Shown: in pieces, positions 38,001 through 43,107 of the stretch | How positions within the stretch are numbered: the stretch's first letter is position 1 | Layout of the letters: each line of letters starts with the position of its first letter | From: a virus | Taxonomy: Duplodnaviria > Caudoviricetes | Strand: one strand, 5' to 3' | IMG/VR virus record: IMGVR_UViG_3300017903_001733 | Coordinates: 1-58,597 of that record | DNA length: 58,597 nucleotides | Position numbers and translations under genes: made by a program | Notes under the pieces: generated by a model | What the model was told of the DNA's origin: nothing | Seen by the model: only the letters and a program-made list of their open reading frames with translations | Database searches by the model: none

Positions 38001-39012
38001 TTGCAGTTACACTGAATCCTTTTACAGCACCAGGGTCAATACCAACGCGAGGATATGCCTTGACTGCCTGATCACCATCCATGTCGCAAGTGAACGACAA
38101 AGCACCTTCATTAAGGAAGACTCTATCATCAACAGCAATGCTATGCGTATCTGCAAAGGTGATTGTGGTTAGACCAGTTGCAGGATCATATGTTGCATCA
38201 GTTGGGGTATAAGGAGTTCTGGTTCCTACCCAATCAGTACCAGCATCATTGAAGTAGTTGCTGATATACTTTCTGGTGTACTTGTTACCACCGCCTTGCT
38301 TAACGTCAAGAGAAAGTGCATCGATAAGGAACTTAATATCACGAACACAACTACCAGTTTCATAACCAGGAGGTGTTGGAGAAGGAGGATTGACCGAATC
38401 CATATGGTCAAACGCATCCTGAGCAATCAGATTCTTGTTTCTTTGAATCAGATTGTAAGCATCATTAAATCTAGACCAAGGACCAGTAGTAGCATCACCA
38501 GGATAAACAAAGTCAGGATGTTGTACAGAGATTTCAGCAGCAGACCTATCAATAATCTCGTCTCTATTCTTCTGGATTAGACGATATGCGTCCTTATAAC
38601 GAGACCATGCCCCTGTTTGTGGGTCTCCAGGATAGTAGAAATCAGGATGTTCGACGGATACTTGTGCTACAGCACGATCAATAACCTCTTGACGGTTAGC
38701 ACGTAAGAGATTAGATGCATCATAATAACGTGCTTCTACAGCAGTTTCTGTTACCAGACCAGGGCGGTTATCAATATAGTGGTTACCAGGCATCAGCATG
38801 ATGCTGAACTGGTCAAACCTGTCATTATTTCTTCCAGGTAGATAAGAATACCTAGAAACCTCAATAAATGCCCTTTGAATTGTCTTAAAAGGACGTAAAG
38901 GCGAGTTACCCCTATTGTTTAGTTCATCACTCGCATTAAAGTCGTCTGGTGATACATAGAGGTATTTTCCAGTCTTACTTGAATACAGGTTATCAAGTCT
39001 TGTTAAAGGCAT
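26068..39012 (-). CDS. giant tail fibre / virion structural protein (4314 aa)
   Basis: very long Gly/Thr/Asn-rich ORF, internal repeats (CxRDI..F.DA...D...GGN; YD..TG...SFTC..DG...YPR.G.D), fibre-like C-terminus, late promoter upstream. Confidence 0.88.
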   Translation of the reverse strand: MPLTRLDNLYSSKTGKYLYVSPDDFNASDELNNRGNSPLRPFKTIQRAFIEVSRYSYLPGRNNDRFDQFSIMLMPGNHYIDNRPGLVTETAVEARYYDASNLLRANRQEVIDRAVAQVSVEHPDFYYPGDPQTGAWSRYKDAYRLIQKNRDEIIDRSAAEISVQHPDFVYPGDATTGPWSRFNDAYNLIQRNKNLIAQDAFDHMDSVNPPSPTPPGYETGSCVRDIKFLIDALSLDVKQGGGNKYTRKYISNYFNDAGTDWVGTRTPYTPTDATYDPATGLTTITFADTHSIAVDDRVFLNEGALSFTCDMDGDQAVKAYPRVGIDPGAVKGFSVTATTANTITFNAGASGPNKYFQPSAVDYNPSTGDMVVTVGQHGLGVGRGVVLEDNSFTFTCALDGNATQHTYPRPGVDPYAGQSIAISAVGSTSHTVTDAPYDAATGVVTLTIANHGFSNGDYIKVADNSLSYTCVLDGDTETKSYPRPGIDYPSGRWLEISNVTTNTFDINVGPSEYTGAHTFVSATANGVERQDGTFTINVGTSSDTSVHTFVSATAQAIKHEPQTIHAFVSALENSVVHDATTGLRGEETSSLTAFSKAVELMKQAITNNYTSTSSPGSEYQDLTVTPGEAVYGDGGPTPPNTSPIACSDVQSMIDTLYAIVDGIFDNSDLAANNGTFLLSNVLPAETTSTILPAGEIKCKRDIGQFIDAISLDVHEAGGNVYTRKLAQNYFDDTGNNWVANGLQGETAESLTAFNFAIAEMKKAVTNQLYFKDPTITPGDAIYGNSNNPQENLQSGNPAACADVQSAIDTLGAIIITSVTDENLSQLPEETTSTLVSAGHAKCKRDSGYIVDGLIDDLATDGNANTITNAKAYFDRFGNPIANGVLGEEAESITAFNGIAYWAKRAVTNRLFAKDLTISFGPAVAGANTPVIPYTGSGNIETCQDVQATIDTLINILTSVIEVGNLDDLADIKVTGVLPSFNYNRALEEWQDNSIVDLANPDNVLYKFNAATGGCIVPRGCSLIGYDLRRTVVRPLYVPDPADATQDRTSIFNLTGGCYLWQFTIKDGDLSAQSPLYDSTAGVGKVYNKKGSTQLAIPEYSHHKICIMEYADREDLDNYYEKVGKAFQQFQPTIDDGDLEALVQENRIVGPLSDSRTIESIKIEDQTTFTATGNSTDTLTNVSDTSKLNIGAEIQSSAVGVVVNPNTRIESISGNTVTLNQAISGSGAIAFTAQFGYTNITVTTKIDHGYFEGQYVAIINSGLSDEINGTWKVTKIDGDNPKVFEYEVYNNTAASLGLISGQTYFSGEVGGVSTNAVVLAEIDSVESASPYVFNCSIRSTWGQCGMWADGSKATGFKSMVVAQYTGVSLQKDDRAFIRYDRLTNTWNQASLTDAFATIPYHTKGDAYWKDDWRNFHIRASDDSFIQCVSVFAVGFFDHFLMESGGDMSITNSNSNFGNTSLHSVGFKGFSFNQDKGGYVTDIIPPGTINPSKTVINQWYTLDVPASKDRNNHTRLYLAGDNVANPDDRPASSINGYRIGAKSGEELAVNLARYPSEPSGPIEFKSKVEPSGFKAWPVGIETLTPNSAAVDNYAQDAANRIEDNKALIENEAYQYIIAKYPELVTNQNIVISKCERDIGYFVDAVVNDLRLGGNINSIQAAEGYYIQGQLSYILNELNETLDALDYVKNMMIAAMRNWDYLIRDCTIVPGSAIVDVGDTSGLIIGMRVQEFSPADFTNGRLNLGATPLIANIGNNTFIKRIISDTQIELGIPGSKLNTGATRPAIGTGTNSAYLHFDFEVGAWSSISPTSDDSITQDNRIDGNGDPLPECSNIATTIEGYFEQIFLVLNSGYSVLGGTEVDASNAITDNARFIAAEAVYRIANDPAYAGTKLGQGLLASTGETIQDACVDDVENVLKEIAYNVRFGGNNRVYAAAELYISSASVAGEEAESAAAFNMARDLAIQAMRQETITVQGDHGLTQVIDTQVIPEYDANGNLVTPPCVDVANTITTLTALITAGIQNQPLGPITMPTFASVTRVEPNSNLEGLSARATLFTLATGTFGGNPNPHDLETGTAVRLVPRARFGTNPDKRVIRLPDGFKTNTKYYVIAPGRNLYPENFALSSAAITVTEASGTSFTAPNANRATYPGIYRSLVAEPKIGPDNTALASGTGLRFNIIVNADGSVSLGDGNTLEAIANGGSRYQQGDIVVISDGQLGNSGAPDIEIEITAVSQADYPGVFDGTEVNKLMLATSPENAAAGIYMYSPETDSVDPDVEISIEQYVLDGTYDLHKYKSNVVGASEIETSVAHIFDVPSANTTPQKVFIRLATDIAGSTLPQLSGGTGNISTQTEYFVRYVSNKRVTLHTSAADAESGDRALTFVSGTGVDFYLYANKRESPLRFDSEFTTATNTSGLWFLNVKDESTLNGATYNRYSILSRFHGGAEEATDFQTKSDPTLDTRYLRVEDDREKEDRVYRLRYIVPNYLETVRDPLNGFVIKTRTDDKRRLVPQRVLLKPIQGNPNTIASFYNPANAGEQIGLTKSELIADQVRTIDPSVIDLLPEQQNLYDPYLNPKVIEFDSKIAATIQSARKINDGSNDYLELTLFDHTIVNQSVKNEIFTLVRCDNYQGGLFTANATQSNDTNKITWETVGGGTVQGEGYLQAILDDIEATRKVLVIKGAVGELSFDPSKEVLFKQGDVQIRLDANPNSFGDPEGVFGKDKSKRENYLYRVEGSNVYSIAPGDVITDDTGQNSYYVATVTDQGNFDDCFYIFDIDTLQERIPNQQDGIYYLTCLRGNISPYPTGSGVGENFRNFKFSQPISQLYPINFKNDPLWFQVDGTTGVRDTAILDVPATSSAADNYVHGLVTVNDAKGSETKEMVADMIDNPFLNRFSYTGDNEIKAQEGNATSGSEDRLIPISGDSQFPTERKLYVELRRPSIARSGNHTFEYLGFGPGNYSTGFPLRQEVVLTDKQDFYAQAKREDGGIVFYTGLNSNGDLYIGNKKVNAITGEETFLESAELLDSEDDDEDIGSLVTTFESPVTFNSTITVAGKSSLNGPVEINVEASEGDALTVFSNIAATEDDTLFSGSWRDQAEGHIKISGNKIKSAVFILNARPRPLGIYGQSYSFRTHFAGGNPSNIVPWQDLDSVFYSAQGPVEFGANPAQGGDILFKGDSVGNSGSLAWVLANSFTSIKARLFRITADGSNRLTFEYAASFNNLNSGVFDNSQIRIRNFSNSVLDGTWEVVDSTRTDAGVTFQISIDDEINDGTIYTSTDWASGDILVSSEQWKEVGVLGAEAIRTYTEERGDYKLGINTIARAAHSAALTGNVDAFTEPRANLDVVGTVFISGKTLTSIDQVSGEVINRYELNNYNSDQREALTGTDLTNEGFIPQDNALLVGGDSNDLQERATLRVATTDEPTATRGATYQTGGRVGINTTLGLTADSDLDRNLVVDGDGRITGNFLIQDDISVDGGDINTTSSTFNLINDNALILNFASQAQLVDMFSTTTNDQTITMGSNSDFQTFRIGTNANRSVFSVHPLSTNAFVDIASVADDAANQSQVYIGGAWANRDSKVVLGSSQTIASGDLEIGNKTAAGTGTARLFSQTRTVRLFDNDQNTTIEAFTRSNNLTFSSLGGFTTIRNNLKVQASAEVDSNIILSGGTTAGIVEIVRGRFSTPITLHNLGSLDTPNIDFYKYESTGRRIDTEGGRLWGGSQDLAGGGRIAGFDNLQAAANSLRPAGTYTFRFADGGSGNGAAFDISVAFDGTVAVTLVAPGSGYADNQTLTIPDSRVGGGGAPDITLDINGVTDASDVYILPITTPGVNDFSIGDLILLDRGNAASPDEVTPDGGSSVTGLRDQSQSEIMRVVGLDNVSNATDTQGFRISVTRAQEGTQEGTNHPDGCVIAKLDKQGAASYLTGKDVGTVGGSPTTPDGILDEPRAGIDGTSANVRIGVAEFGGVLTTLDLIRIDQSEICGIADVISTDVQSLIVNDGGNPATTMFKVESTTGNTTLAGNFGAGSGFNKFTIAAATGNTNIAGTATIENTLTLNGSTIPNNEFFTITNGGPSFEDDGVTVDVPLRTTFQIDTATGNLTMNGGNINIFGTDGTTPRLTFNNSSGDFTTYGSFSALGTGLSTFGGPVTMAGDLTVNGGDLVVNQDGNEVFAVDDDGSLNIAGITNYFSPSGATKWKVINNNVYDCVSNVSYFVDVSGTSFIRLPTDPQMGDMIRIIDISGNLSYNISLVIRAANLQRIQGSLSNTGSTILGSLAAGNTANHNGGELVVQTPNAAFGLVFGGTVDSDGDGGVNPNRVGWYLMDV

Positions 39013-39046
39013 AACTACCCGAGTCCGTCTGTGCTTTTCCTGAGTT

Positions 39047-39054
39047 TATTTATA
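39047..39054 (-). promoter_or_regulatory. T4 late promoter TATAAATA
   Basis: exact consensus about 35 nt upstream of the giant fibre gene. Confidence 0.85.
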
Positions 39055-39061
39055 CTCCGAA

Positions 39062-39144
39062 TGTCGGTAAGAGGACTTGAACCTCCACGTCATAAAGACA
39101 CTGGAACCTAAACCCAGCGCGTCTACCAATTCCGCCATACCGAC
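39062..39144 (-). tRNA. trnL: tRNA-Leu(UAG)
   Basis: GTCGGTA...CTGGG-TTTAGGT-TCCAG, long variable arm, GTTCAAGTC; no encoded CCA. Confidence 0.95.
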
Positions 39145-39149
39145 TTAAA

Positions 39150-39271
39150 AATAACCGCCACTCGTCAGCAGCGGTAGCACCAAGAGGGATCCCACCTCTC
39201 ACTCACATGGGTTGGATTTCCGATTCTTTTTTCTCTCGGAGACGTGAGTACGGACGTTTGCCAAGTCCGTT
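39150..39271 (-). ncRNA. structured multi-stem RNA between tRNAs (possibly the manA RNA motif; unverified)
   Basis: stems ACGGAC/GTCCGT, ACTCAC/GTGAGT enclosing TCCGA/TCGGA, GAGAGG/CCTCTT and ACCGCTGC/GTGGCGGT; no ORF. Confidence 0.65.
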
Positions 39272-39272
39272 A

Positions 39273-39345
39273 CTCCTCCACCTGGGCTCGAACCAGGGAC
39301 AGGTTGATTAACAGTCAACTGCTCTACCGACTGAGCTATAGAGGA
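39273..39345 (-). tRNA. trnN: tRNA-Asn(GUU)
   Basis: TCCTCTA...GTTGA-CTGTTAA-TCAAC...GGTTCGAGCC. Confidence 0.95.
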
Positions 39346-39394
39346 TTGTAAGGGAGGCGCTGTCTTTACACACAGATCTTTTGTATTCCTCCCA

Positions 39395-39467
39395 TGGAGA
39401 ATAGGGGACTCGAACCCCTAACCTCCTGCGTGCAAAGCAGGCGCTCTACCAATTGAGCTAATTCCCC
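39395..39467 (-). tRNA. trnA: tRNA-Ala(UGC)
   Basis: GGGGAAT...CCTGC-TTTGCAC-GCAGG...GGTTCGAGTCC; G3:U70 pair. Confidence 0.96.
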
Positions 39468-39470
39468 GAG

Positions 39471-39542
39471 AGCCCCTGACAAGATTTGAACTTGCGACCT
39501 GAGCTTTACAAAAGCCCTGCTCTACCACTGAGCTACGGGGGC
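39471..39542 (-). tRNA. trnT: tRNA-Thr(UGU)
   Basis: GCCCCCG...GGGCT-TTTGTAA-AGCTC...GTTCAAATC. Confidence 0.94.
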
Positions 39543-40087
39543 GGAGTTTCAAAAGAGTAATTGCAAGAAAATGTTTTTCTTGTTTTATTACTCTTATGAA
39601 CGTTAACTCCATGTAGGACTGTGCTAGGGAAGAAAATAATATCTCCAGGACTTACCTCGGGAAACCAAGAAAGACTGAAGTCAAAGTTTTTTCTCCATCC
39701 AGGTGTCAAGGAATTGTTATATCGATCACGAAAGAAGAATTTACCAAAATTTTCTTCTACTTCTGGGAAGAAAACTGACGCAAAATCAACTCCTATGTGA
39801 TCATGAATTTCTTGATAGGAACCTTTCTCGTAGCAATTAATCCAAGGGTCATGAAATTTATAACCAAAAGACTTTCCAAGTTGTTCACCAAACTGATTAA
39901 TAGATGGTTTAATTAACTCTGCAGTCTCTTGCCAAGGGCAATGGATTGTTTTTACCTGGCATCCCTTTGCCCATTCAAACTGAGTATAATCTTCAGTTTT
40001 ATTCAGAACATATTCACTAAGTTCTTTGGCATTAGGAGCAGGAAAATGAGAAAACCATTGATTGTAGGGGAAAAGATCAGTGATCAT
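39533..40087 (-). CDS. putative 2OG-Fe(II) oxygenase (TIGR02466-like)
   Basis: WINxY..G.YQE.HDH, GDIIFFPS.V.HGV, RKTFS.N; stop codon lies inside tRNA-Thr. Confidence 0.87.
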   Translation of the reverse strand: MITDLFPYNQWFSHFPAPNAKELSEYVLNKTEDYTQFEWAKGCQVKTIHCPWQETAELIKPSINQFGEQLGKSFGYKFHDPWINCYEKGSYQEIHDHIGVDFASVFFPEVEENFGKFFFRDRYNNSLTPGWRKNFDFSLSWFPEVSPGDIIFFPSTVLHGVNVHKSNKTRKTFSCNYSFETPPP

Positions 40088-40605
40088 ACTTTTTTAAATA
40101 AGAAACACCCATGCTGTGAACCCCACAATTGTTGTTTGGACTCGGGGTGGAACCCTTTGTCCTCTACATTATACCACCCATCGCCCAGGAACGCAAGGTT
40201 TTCAAGATAGGTTTCTTGAGTTCCCTGCATGACGATGCAGTTGCATCCTGGTTCGATGCGACCAGCGTAGTGCCCATCCTTGGACTCAAATATTGTATCG
40301 CATCCGACGTTGTGTGTCAAGGGTTTTTTCAGAAGAAGATCTAAGTTCTGAAACCCTAAGTGGGCAGTCTTATCAGCAATATGATAACTGCTCACGCGAA
40401 TCTTACCATCTTCTTCTTTGATGTTAAGAAGAAACTGACGATAAGGTTTCTTTAGTTTATTAAAGTACGCTTGTTCGCCATAAAACCATCCATCCTCCAC
40501 CTTGCGGTGTTGAACTACGATATAAGCATAACGAGAAGGATAAGTGAATGCTTGAATTTTGTTGTTAAACGTTCCTTCAAACCAATCACAAAATTGGTCA
40601 ATCAT
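40084..40605 (-). CDS. cpeT: CpeT/CpcT-type phycobilin lyase
   Basis: G.F.N..QA, FYGEQAY....KPYRQ, GCD, GC.C.V and WGS..G.F.F motifs. Confidence 0.9.
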   Translation of the reverse strand: MIDQFCDWFEGTFNNKIQAFTYPSRYAYIVVQHRKVEDGWFYGEQAYFNKLKKPYRQFLLNIKEEDGKIRVSSYHIADKTAHLGFQNLDLLLKKPLTHNVGCDTIFESKDGHYAGRIEPGCNCIVMQGTQETYLENLAFLGDGWYNVEDKGFHPESKQQLWGSQHGCFLFKKV

Positions 40606-40867
40606 CTTGTGGTAACAAAGCAATATCGTTTACTTTAATTTCAAACATGAGAGGATGAAGTTGTTCTTCCATTAGGTAAGAAGACCAGCGGTACATTTCA
40701 TCCATGTCCCAATCCTTACCTTGTAATGCTTCGGTTTGAATTTGAGGGTGATCCTGAATAATCTGAGGAAGTTCATCAAACGTATAAGGAACACCTTGGA
40801 TGAAGTACATTCGCACAACACTACCTTCTAAGAATTGATAAGATTGTGAGAGTCTGTACGCCTTCAT
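40598..40867 (-). CDS. hypothetical protein
   Basis: 89-aa ORF with GGAG RBS. Confidence 0.8.
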   Translation of the reverse strand: MKAYRLSQSYQFLEGSVVRMYFIQGVPYTFDELPQIIQDHPQIQTEALQGKDWDMDEMYRWSSYLMEEQLHPLMFEIKVNDIALLPQDD

Positions 40868-40888
40868 CGTTCTCCTGTCTCCTACTAT

Positions 40889-41524
40889 TTATGTGTGAGA
40901 ATGCACACTAGTATTAACTGTAGAGTCATATTTCCCCCAAGTGCCAACTGGAAAGAAATTTGCTGCAATAGAATATCTCAACGTATCATTTAAATTTTGA
41001 GCAACTGAGTGATTTAAATGACTTGGAAACATAATACATGCTCCTTTTGAAGGAGTGACTCTCATTTCATTTACATTGAATTCTGTTTTTTCATTAAGTT
41101 GAAAAACCATTCCCGAAGGAGTGCCTTTGTGAAAGTTAATTGGAGTAATATCTTCCTGAAGATACATTACTGCAGAAAAATACGAATTAGCATGTGTATG
41201 AATCATTGAATATCCTCCAGGAATAGTGCATGTTACCCATGAACTACACACAGCAAATTCTACAGATTCATTTCCAATACTTTCAGAAATTCTTACAAAT
41301 TCTTTTTCTAAACGTTCTTGTAACCATGGTTGATTTTTACGAAGATAATCTTTGTCATTAGTAGAATATGTGGTTGTTTTGAACTTTCCAGTATATTCAT
41401 CATAAGGTCGATAATATTCGAGACGAGGAACTTCCTTCAAGAGAGAATCACACTCTTCCTCCGTCAAAAAATTATGAATTTGAACCAAAGGAATTGGAAA
41501 AATCGGTATAATTTCTGTTTTCAT
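40889..41524 (-). CDS. putative 2OG-Fe(II) oxygenase (TIGR02466-like)
   Basis: IFP.P, SW, HTH.NS.FSAV.Y, FPS.L.HSV..N, RYSIA.N. Confidence 0.88.
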   Translation of the reverse strand: MKTEIIPIFPIPLVQIHNFLTEEECDSLLKEVPRLEYYRPYDEYTGKFKTTTYSTNDKDYLRKNQPWLQERLEKEFVRISESIGNESVEFAVCSSWVTCTIPGGYSMIHTHANSYFSAVMYLQEDITPINFHKGTPSGMVFQLNEKTEFNVNEMRVTPSKGACIMFPSHLNHSVAQNLNDTLRYSIAANFFPVGTWGKYDSTVNTSVHSHT

Positions 41525-41541
41525 ATCAAATTATAGATTAA

Positions 41542-41626
41542 TGCGAGTAGGGAGACTTGAACTCCCACGAGATTAATTCTCAACAGATTTTAAGTCTGGT
41601 GCGTCTACCGATTCCGCCATACTCGC
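41542..41626 (-). tRNA. trnL: tRNA-Leu(UAA)
   Basis: GCGAGTA...CAGA-CTTAAAA-TCTG, long variable arm, GTTCAAGTC. Confidence 0.95.
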
Positions 41627-41629
41627 AAC

Positions 41630-41872
41630 TCAGTTGATTATATCACGTTGCTTGAGGTAATGCAAGGTTTCTTTGAGGGATCCGATGTGCTTGTAACCAA
41701 TATTGATTTGAGGGTATTCTGCTTCTTTGCCGAATTCTTCTTCAAATCCTCTTTGTGAAAAATGTTGATTGAGGCGATATTCCAAGAATTCTCCTCCAAG
41801 TGAACGCAGGAGATCTGCCATTCTTTCACATTCCTGTGATCCGTTAGTGTAGATAACTGCTGTCTCGTTCAT
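41630..41872 (-). CDS. glutaredoxin-fold-like protein (single Cys)
   Basis: VIYT...QEC.R...LL, YPQI.I..KHIGS..E pattern; alternative start at 41902. Confidence 0.65.
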   Translation of the reverse strand: MNETAVIYTNGSQECERMADLLRSLGGEFLEYRLNQHFSQRGFEEEFGKEAEYPQINIGYKHIGSLKETLHYLKQRDIIN

Positions 41873-41910
41873 TTTTTTGTGTGGTTGAAAATGAAGAATC
41901 ATTCAATAGT

Positions 41911-41917
41911 TATTTAG
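41911..41917 (-). promoter_or_regulatory. late promoter variant CTAAATA
   Basis: intergenic, upstream of the tRNA/cpeT block. Confidence 0.45.
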
Positions 41918-41950
41918 AGTCACTAGGACCCTTGAACCCTTTACAGAGTT

Positions 41951-41979
41951 ATCCTACTCGGGTTCTGGGGATTTGTCAA
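41951..41979 (-). promoter_or_regulatory. sigma70-type promoter for the tRNA/cpeT block
   Basis: TTGACA-N17-TAGGAT. Confidence 0.75.
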
Positions 41980-41981
41980 GC

Positions 41982-42036
41982 TCGACTTTTTTGCCCATTT
42001 TTTGGCGGAGAAAATTTTTCGACTTTTATGTAATCA
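41982..42036 (+). repeat. 55-bp spaced element, copy 1
   Basis: TCGACTTTTTT-N10-TGGCGG-(A/T tract)-TAATCA with blocks at offsets 0/21/49. Confidence 0.85.
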
Positions 42037-43107
42037 GTTTAGGAAAATCGATTTGCCCGTCATAGTGATCGCTGCTTTTCCAACTAGGTTAATGTTTGTG
42101 CTGCTGATGGTAGTAGCACCCTTAAAAGTAGCATTTAAGAATGATGCTCCACTAATGTCCAGAGATCCAGCAAGAGATGACCCTAATGTCATTTTATATG
42201 CTGCTTGTGGTTCTCCTGCATTAATTGCCTTACCTAGTACAGTTAGACTTGACAAACCACGAACTGTCTTGGAATCATCTCCATTAATAACTGTTGCTGC
42301 TCCACCTTTTGTTGCTTTCTGTAATAAATGACCAAAATCGGATTCTAACTGAATGTTTCCTGTTGCTCGTAGTGAATAATCACCCTTGATAACTTGGTTA
42401 ACTGTACCAAGGGTATTGATAGCGACTTGAGCGCCAGGTTTTAGTTTTTGGTTTACACTGAACTCTCCACTGCCATCAACATAGAATCCACCACTAGTAG
42501 TAAAACGAGCAAATGATGAATCAAGGTTAAAATCAGTACAAACTGCCGTAATCTTTCCTTGACCCTCAGCAGGTTCTATGTTAATATTCTCTCCTGAGCG
42601 TAAAGTTAAATTATTGACTGCATTTAGTGTAATGTTATCTCCTTTGATTCCAACATCACCACCTTGTGATTCGATGGCAACATCACCTTCAACGTAGATA
42701 GAGTATGGTGCTGACTTCGTAGTGCTTCCATCCTCTTCCTTAGTCTGCTCATCATCGTTACCACGAACATGTACAGCATATGTGTCAGTTTTTTCGTGGT
42801 GATCTTTGGCATGAATGACTACCTTACCACCACAACCTGATTGTCCAGGTTTACCTGTTGCCATAACAATATTACCATTCACATCAAAATGGAACATTGA
42901 TTGACCATTGGTCATAATAAATCCAGTGGTTCCATCTTGGTTCTCATATGAACCCATGGTCCATCCATGTTTTGTCGCTATGACATTAAATTCACCATTA
43001 GTAAACTGACCCTCATCGGGATTCTCCGATCCTGCTGGTCTAGCAGCACCTTTCTCTTGAAATTTCTTCTGTTCGGCACTTGGTTTGTGCGAGTTTGTAA
43101 TAGACAT
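42034..43107 (-). CDS. gp5 C-terminal-like beta-helix spike protein
   Basis: repeated short beta-strand units (IYVEGDVAI.S.GG.V.IKGDNITL); TAATG-coupled to gp5. Confidence 0.65.
   Translation of the reverse strand: MSITNSHKPSAEQKKFQEKGAARPAGSENPDEGQFTNGEFNVIATKHGWTMGSYENQDGTTGFIMTNGQSMFHFDVNGNIVMATGKPGQSGCGGKVVIHAKDHHEKTDTYAVHVRGNDDEQTKEEDGSTTKSAPYSIYVEGDVAIESQGGDVGIKGDNITLNAVNNLTLRSGENINIEPAEGQGKITAVCTDFNLDSSFARFTTSGGFYVDGSGEFSVNQKLKPGAQVAINTLGTVNQVIKGDYSLRATGNIQLESDFGHLLQKATKGGAATVINGDDSKTVRGLSSLTVLGKAINAGEPQAAYKMTLGSSLAGSLDISGASFLNATFKGATTISSTNINLVGKAAITMTGKSIFLN

Noticed and set aside
39418-39612. 64-aa ORF in the ORF track
   Set aside because: Runs through tRNA-Thr and tRNA-Ala; spurious
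39062-41626. tRNAs as prophage attachment sites or suppressor tRNAs
   Set aside because: No integrase or duplicated tRNA 3' end; anticodons are standard and genes read normally in code 11
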